This document shows, piece after piece, positions 58,253 to 64,000 of a DNA stretch of 64,000 nt. The stretch lies in the NCBI RefSeq assembly GCF_006345805.1, contig NC_043006.1:11904001-11968000 (forward strand), read 5' to 3'. Numbering within the stretch: position 1 is the first letter of the stretch; the number at the start of each line of letters is the position of its first letter. This stretch comes from Octopus sinensis (Eukaryota). The notes beneath the pieces were generated by a model, which was not told the DNA's origin, did not search any database, and saw nothing but the letters and a program-made list of their open reading frames with translations. A program made the translations under genes and the position numbers.

Positions 58253-58378
58253 CATATCTACATATATGTATGTATATCTATATATATATGCATATATATG
58301 TATATATACGTGCACAATGTATCACTAGCGATTTTTTCTCTCTCTGTCTTCCCTTCTCGGGATCTTTCCTTCTCCTAT

Positions 58379-58413
58379 GTTTCCGACGAAGAGCTCCGCT
58401 CGAAACGTCAAAC
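58379..58413 (+). ncRNA. Candidate minimal type-I hammerhead ribozyme (Penelope-like-element type), one core substitution
   Basis: GTTT-CCGACGA-A-GAGC-TCC-GCTC-GAAAC-GTC-AAAC: stem I GTTT/AAAC, stem II GAGC/GCTC, palindromic ACGT stem III, GUC site; core reads CCGACGA rather than CUGACGA. Confidence 0.6.
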
Positions 58414-58505
58414 CCTCTTTCTTCCCTTCTTTCCAGAGCGTCCAATAATACTTTATTTGTTCCACGTCCTTGCGTTGTTGTCTTTTTGTTTTCTTGTTTG
58501 GATTA

Positions 58506-58567
<62 letters not shown>

Positions 58568-59744
58568 AGTGTGTGTGTTATCGACTACTGAGAATAAGTT
58601 TTCTTTATCTTTGTTAAAATATTTGTGCTGGAGAAAGCTTGATGCAAAACACCTTTAAGTAAGGAATGAATCTGGCTCATTTGTGAATTTTCATCGCTAT
58701 TTGAAACTTGGGATGTTGCTACACTTACGCCTGTACCCTTTATTGACACCGTAATGCCGTGCCTCATTTTCGTTTATATAAATTACTTTAATCAATAGAT
58801 ACCTCAATGAAACATGTTTCAACACTTCGCCTAAAATATATACTAATAAAGAAATAGTTATGCAAATGACTAGACTCAGGGTGTAGAGTCATTAAGGTTT
58901 ATCACTGTACGGTAGTTATATGTGTTTTACATTAATCTTTAGGTGTTAAATATATGTGTTACAACATAGCTTTCGTTTTTATCATGAACTTCCTATTAGT
59001 CACATTCAAATATATTCATCTATTCATTTCTCTCTCAATAAAATACGCTCTAGACATCTTGAAACTTTGGAGGCTCTTTACGTAGTTTTTATTTCAATAG
59101 AAAATAATCAATGCATATGATTCAACATTTTATTTGTATAATTAGCATCACAACCGAAATGTTATCCTTGGCTACGACTCCTTATCTTTTGGAAGCATTA
59201 AAGAGAAATGTATTTCAATAAGATTCATTATTTGAAATACGCCGCGGTGTTTAAATTGTGTGTATTGCGCTCCGTACATATTATATTATTACCTGTCTTG
59301 TTGTCATAGCGATATAGACAATAGAGAAACATATGGTGTATGACTTCAAAAGAGAACGAAAATAGACGCAATATTATTTCTTTGGCTAGGACGGAATTAA
59401 ATGTTGGTGGATTGATAGGATATTAAGCCGTTAGTTCAAATCGTATCGGAATTAGTTTGCATTTTACATTTCCGCTCACGATATTTCGAAATCGTCTTCA
59501 TATGCAGATGTCAATGTAATAGACTATACATCCTCTCAGACCATAGGTTTTGTATCTGTGGTATAAACGCACTGGGGTCGATGTAATCGACTTAATACCT
59601 ATGTCTGTCCTTGTTTGTCCCCTCTGTGTTTAGCCCCTTATGTGTAATAAAGAAATAGGTATAAATCAATGTCACTTTTTTGCTACTGACTCTCTGCGAT
59701 ATGTTGTAACGTAGGAATCTGATAACTATATAGTTACCGACGTA

Positions 59745-60460
59745 TACACCTAACTGCGTATCGACATAGAAGTATATAGTCATAGGAGTATATGATCGAT
59801 ATTGGCATATATAGTCGAAGGAATACATGGTCTGTCTAGGAGATGGAGTCAATGGAGTATTTCGTTGATGTAGGAGTTTATAGTCGTAGTGTTATGTGGT
59901 TGATACAGGTGCATAAGTGAAGGCGCATGGCTCAGTGGCTAGAGCGTCGAGCTTAGGATCGTGAGGTTGTGAGCTCGAATCCCGGACCGGGCTGCGTGTT
60001 GTGTTCTTGAGCAAGACACTTTATTTCACGTTTTTCCAGTTCACTCAGCTGTAGAAATGAGTTGCGATGTCACTGGTGCCAAGCTGTCCTGGCCCCTTTT
60101 GCCTTTCCCTTGGACAACACTGGTGGTGTGGAGAGGGGAGGTCGGTATGCAAGGGATACTACTTGTCTTCCATAAATAACCTTGCCCAGACTTAAGACTG
60201 GAAGGGTAACTTTCTAGGTGCAATCCCATGGTCTGTGTCGTGACCGAAGGGGGTCTCAGACAGGTGCATAAATTTGTAGCAGTTTATAGTCGATATAGGT
60301 AAATTGAGTTGAAGGGTTATATGATCGATCAAGGAGTATGTAGTCTTCGCAGTATATGGTCAATGAAGAAGTATATAGTTGTTGGGTTATATGGTCGAGT
60401 GAGATGTTTATAGCCGTCGATGGCAAATATGATCGTTGTAAGAATATATTACTTGATGTA
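59745..60460. repeat. Degenerate minisatellite (16-19-nt units, AGGAGTATATAGTCG-like) interrupted by a SINE
   Basis: Repeated GxAGTATATAGTC/GATC motifs on both sides of the 59917-60259 insertion. Confidence 0.7.
59917..60259 (+). mobile_element. CORE-type SINE (head B + tail Y)
   Basis: GTGAAGGCGCATGGCTCAGTGG..CTCGAATCC..TTGTGTTCTTGAGCAAGACACTT; 12-bp TSD ACAGGTGCATAA at 59905-59916 and 60260-60271. Confidence 0.9.
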
Positions 60461-60462
60461 TC

Positions 60463-60854
60463 GACCTTTATTCTCTAGAAAAACGCCGCCGCCGTGGTGA
60501 TCTCATTCTCGCCCACAACATCATAAGCGGAAAGTGTAACCTCTCGAAAGAGCTGTTCTTCACTCCTGCTCCGGAGCGTCGGCTGCGGGGTCATTCCGAA
60601 AAGCTCTACCTGCGACGATTTCATCTCAATCGAAGGAGAGGAGCTTTCTCCGTCCGGGTTGCGGATCCGTGGAACAAGCTGCCAGACGAGATGGTGAAGA
60701 TGCCGACGACCGCTTTGTTCAAAGCCTCCCTTGACCTCAAGTGGCCTGAACTCTTTACATGAACACCACCCTGTACTTAACTCCATGTCCCCCTACATGG
60801 CCTTGCTATTTGCTTTTGAGCCAAATTAACTAACTAACTAACTAACTAACTAAC
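60463..60854 (+). mobile_element. 5'-truncated CR1-clade LINE: intact ORF2 C-terminus, 3'UTR hairpin, (TAAC)7 tail
   Basis: Open frame 60463-60762 DLYSLEKRRRRGDLILAHNII...RLRGHSEKL...RRGAFSVRVADPWNKLPDEMV...FKASLD...* carries CR1 C-terminal motifs; hairpin CCATGT/ACATGG at 60783-60800; (TAAC)n at 60827-60854. Confidence 0.9.
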
Positions 60855-61021
60855 ATTCGCAGATGGGTGTAGTCGAAGAATCTGCCTAATTGTAATACCA
60901 TTTTCATTTTCAGATGGAAGACCAGGTTAGGGACCTTTTGTGTTGTTCTTTAACCTGATAGAAATAGCAGTATAATCTCCTTCAAATCGTACTCTACCAC
61001 GCTAATGAAATGAAAGCTACA

Positions 61022-61445
61022 TTACTCTATTACTCTATTACTTGTTTCAGTCATTTGACTGCGGCCATGCTGGAGCACCGCCTTTAGTCGATCAAATCGA
61101 CCCCGGGACTTATTCTTTGTAAGCCTAGTACTTATTCTATCGGTCTCCTTTGCCGAACCGCTAAGTGACGGGGACGTAAACACACCAGCATCGGTTGTCA
61201 AGCAATGCTGGGGGGGGGGGACAAACACAGACACACAAACATATACACATACATACATACACACACACACATATATATATACGACAGGCTTCTTTCAGTT
61301 TCCGTCCACCAAATCCACTCACAAGTCATTGGTCGGCCCGAGGCTATAGCAGAAGACACTTGCCCAAGATGCTACGCAGTGGGACTGAACCTGGAACCAT
61401 GTGGTTGGTAAGCAAGCTACTTACCACACAGCCACTCCTGCGCCT
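61022..61445 (-). mobile_element. SINE family S copy
   Basis: Full-length reverse copy. Confidence 0.92.
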
Positions 61446-62625
61446 GGATAATATATTCATAAAAAAACGCTATGTTTGGAATAGAATGGAGGGGCTGTAT
61501 AGAACTCCACTAATTATAGGCCTGATCGATCAAAGCTGACCTGACCTACACTACAACCAAACATTATAACAGCAATTCACAAATGGATGAAAGGTACGTT
61601 TGTTTATCGTGAATATTTTAAACTCGTTAAGTATAAAGATAATTCTGAAAAGCAGTCATTAAGCAACGATCTACCGTTTTTTTTGGCCAACAAACAATAT
61701 ATAAAAGGAATCTCAAAATTAAAAACATGGTGAACTATAAATAACAATTACACAGACCTCCTAAATATATGTTTTTTAACAAACCCTAAATTTGGCTGTC
61801 ATCCCACCTGTGTGTGTGTATATATACACAGCATAAGTACCATCAATATGTTCTTGTTTCTTTAAAGACCGACAATGTCCTTTAATTATCATTCAGCTAA
61901 ATCTGTATTGAAGCATCACTATTTTCTATTCATTTTGCCCTCTGGCATCATCTGATGTTTCGTCAACAATTTCCCCTATTTGCGTATTCCTCAAATACTT
62001 TTTAAACAATGATTCCTATGCCTTTTCAATTTTGCTATTCTCTATCATGTGTCATCAACATTTCCAGAGTGAATGCAATCTTTTTTTTCATTTTTATTCT
62101 TTCTTTTGTTTTGCTCAGATTGGAAAGAAAATCTTTGCCAGATTTGCTGCAGGATATCTCATTGAAGTCCAAGCTCAAGTAAAAGATGTTTTATTCTCTA
62201 TCATGAATGAACATATTATAAATGAGCTGCCACTGCTACTGCTTTCATCTGAAGAATGAAAACTTTGTTGAATTTGTCTCTCTGGTCGATTTTACATGCT
62301 GAAGTAACTAATATAAACGGATTAGCGTTTTTACGGATAAAAAGAAATTATTTAAATAAAACAAAATAACGCTTTTTATGAAATCAATTCTACACAATAA
62401 AGATATTAATTATTTCATTAAAAACTTTTGTATTATTCGAAGCTGCTAGTCTTTTAAACAATATCGGTGAATATTTGATGCAGGCTTATTGTAGATTATT
62501 TGAATTACGATGTTCGAAGTAAACTTAATTTAGAAGAGACTAAATCACAAAGAAGTATTTATTGTTATAATTCTTTTTCTAAACAAAGCGAAAAGATTCC
62601 TAAAGGAATATATATATATGTATAT

Positions 62626-62699
<74 letters not shown>

Positions 62700-62963
62700 C
62701 AAAGTAATATTATTGTTGTTATTGTAAACTATTTGTTTTTGAATCTGTGGTCGCATTAAATGTCTTACTCGAAAACAGTTTTAGCTGTTTTAATTAAATA
62801 AAACTTTCGGATTTATGCGTATATTTATCTATACAGCCTTCATAATATCACTGGGATTTGATGCTTTGACAAGTATCTTTAAGAACTATTAAGTGAAAGT
62901 CCTTGATGTGCTAGCTTGTCCGATTCGTTCATAAAGCCTGAGATATTCTTAGAAATGTGAAAC

Positions 62964-63364
62964 GGAGTGGCTGTGTGGTAAGTAGGTTGCTTACCAAGCA
63001 CATGGTTCCGAGTTCATTCCCACTGCGTGGCACCTTGGGCAAGTGTCTTCTACTATAGCCTCCGGCCGACCAAAGTCTTGTGAGTGGATTTGGTAGATGG
63101 AAACTGGAAGAAGCCCGTCGTATATATGTATATATATGTGTATGCATGTGTGTATATGTTTGTGTGTCTGTGTTTGTCCCCCTAGCATTGCTTGACAACC
63201 GATGCTGGTGTGTTTACGTCCCCGTAACTTAGCGGTTCAGCAAAAGAGACTGATAGAATAAGTACTAGGCTTACAAAGAATAAGATCTGGGTTCGATTTA
63301 CTCGACTAGAAGGCGGTGCTCCAGCATGGCCGCAGTCATATGAATGAAACAAGTAAAAGAGTAA
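62964..63364 (+). mobile_element. SINE family S copy
   Basis: Near full-length copy. Confidence 0.92.
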
Positions 63365-63510
63365 GTTTGTCTTACATATTTGTATATTAAAGAAATTGAG
63401 TTAGAATATTAACTGAATATAGCTGTCATATTTAGTAGTTTCCTCAACAAAAAGTATATAATGGTTTCCACTTAAGAATTTTGCAGAATCATTAGTGTTC
63501 CGTTTCTAAG

Positions 63511-63850
63511 GTAACGAGTTGGTGGAATCTTAGCAGCACTTCGTCCGTCTTTATGTCCTGAGCTCAAATTCTGCTGAGATCCACTTTGCTTCTCATCCTC
63601 TTGTGATTGATGAAATAAGCACCAGTCATGTATTGGGGTCGATGCAATCGACTTATCACTCTCATAAAATTGCTGACCTTGTGCCGTAATTCGAAACCAA
63701 TATGCGTTCCGTTCCTTTACCTTTTGGGTTCAAAGTCAACTTCGCTTTTCATCTATCAGGGCTCAATAAAATAAAGTACCAGACAATTTCGTTTCTGTGA
63801 TCGACTTGCTCCGTTCCTCGAATTTCTGGCTTTTTACCAAAATTTGAAAT
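63511..63850 (+). mobile_element. Two degenerate Nin-like SINE copies in tandem
   Basis: GAGTTGGTGGAATC..CTTTGCTTCTCATCC..GGGGTCGATGCAATCGAC, then GTCAACTTCGCTTTTCATC..AAAGTACCAG. Confidence 0.6.
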
Positions 63851-63928
63851 CACTCTTCTTCTTATAATAATAATAACAGCATCGAAAAATACCTTAGAAA
63901 TAACAACCCAGGTTCGAAATTTCCCCAA

Positions 63929-63974
63929 GACACCTGATGAAAGCTGGAGGGTATATCAGCCGAAACGTTGTGTT
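63929..63974 (+). ncRNA. Candidate minimal type-I hammerhead ribozyme (Penelope-like-element type)
   Basis: GACAC-CTGATGA-AA-GCTG-GAGGGTATAT-CAGC-C-GAAAC-GTT-GTGTT: intact CUGAUGA/GAAA core, stem I GACAC/GTGTT, stem II GCTG/CAGC, palindromic ACGT stem III, GUU site. Confidence 0.7.
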
Positions 63975-64000
63975 AACAACAAGCCAGATGAGGACAGATA

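Noticed and set aside
59745-60460. Regularly spaced short repeats suggesting a CRISPR array
   Set aside because: Degenerate repeats, no unique spacers, no cas genes, eukaryotic context.
60475-60786. 103-aa minus-strand ORF
   Set aside because: Shadow of the plus-strand CR1 ORF2 C-terminus.
62032-62259. 75-aa ORF in non-repetitive sequence, and a minus-strand acceptor-like TTCTTCAG
   Set aside because: No recognisable domain; all minus-strand frames after the acceptor hit stops quickly.

Overview
AT-rich eukaryotic genomic DNA, very probably from an octopus (inferred from the tRNA-derived SINE families and extreme (TA)n/(TACA)n/(TATC)n density). It is not prokaryotic and shows no operons or CRISPR. 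The only clear host coding sequence is one 480-bp phase-0/0 exon (54637-55116, minus strand) encoding S1-S3 of an ERG-type (KCNH2/6/7-like) voltage-gated K+ channel, so most of the window is probably intron. The rest is at least four SINE types with shuffled heads and tails (many with target-site duplications), three non-autonomous Helitrons, decayed Tc1/mariner copies, CR1-like and R4/Dong-like LINE 3' fragments, two 1.1-1.3 kb tandem duplications and several fold-back elements. The most interesting unannotated signal is a set of minimal type-I hammerhead-ribozyme-like motifs (about 25.2, 27.6, 53.3, 58.4 and 63.9 kb). All lie on the strand opposite the channel gene, and two sit in the central loop of ORF-less inverted-repeat elements. 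Nearly all listed ORFs are microsatellite or SINE artefacts. Coordinates were read by eye and may be off by a few bases.
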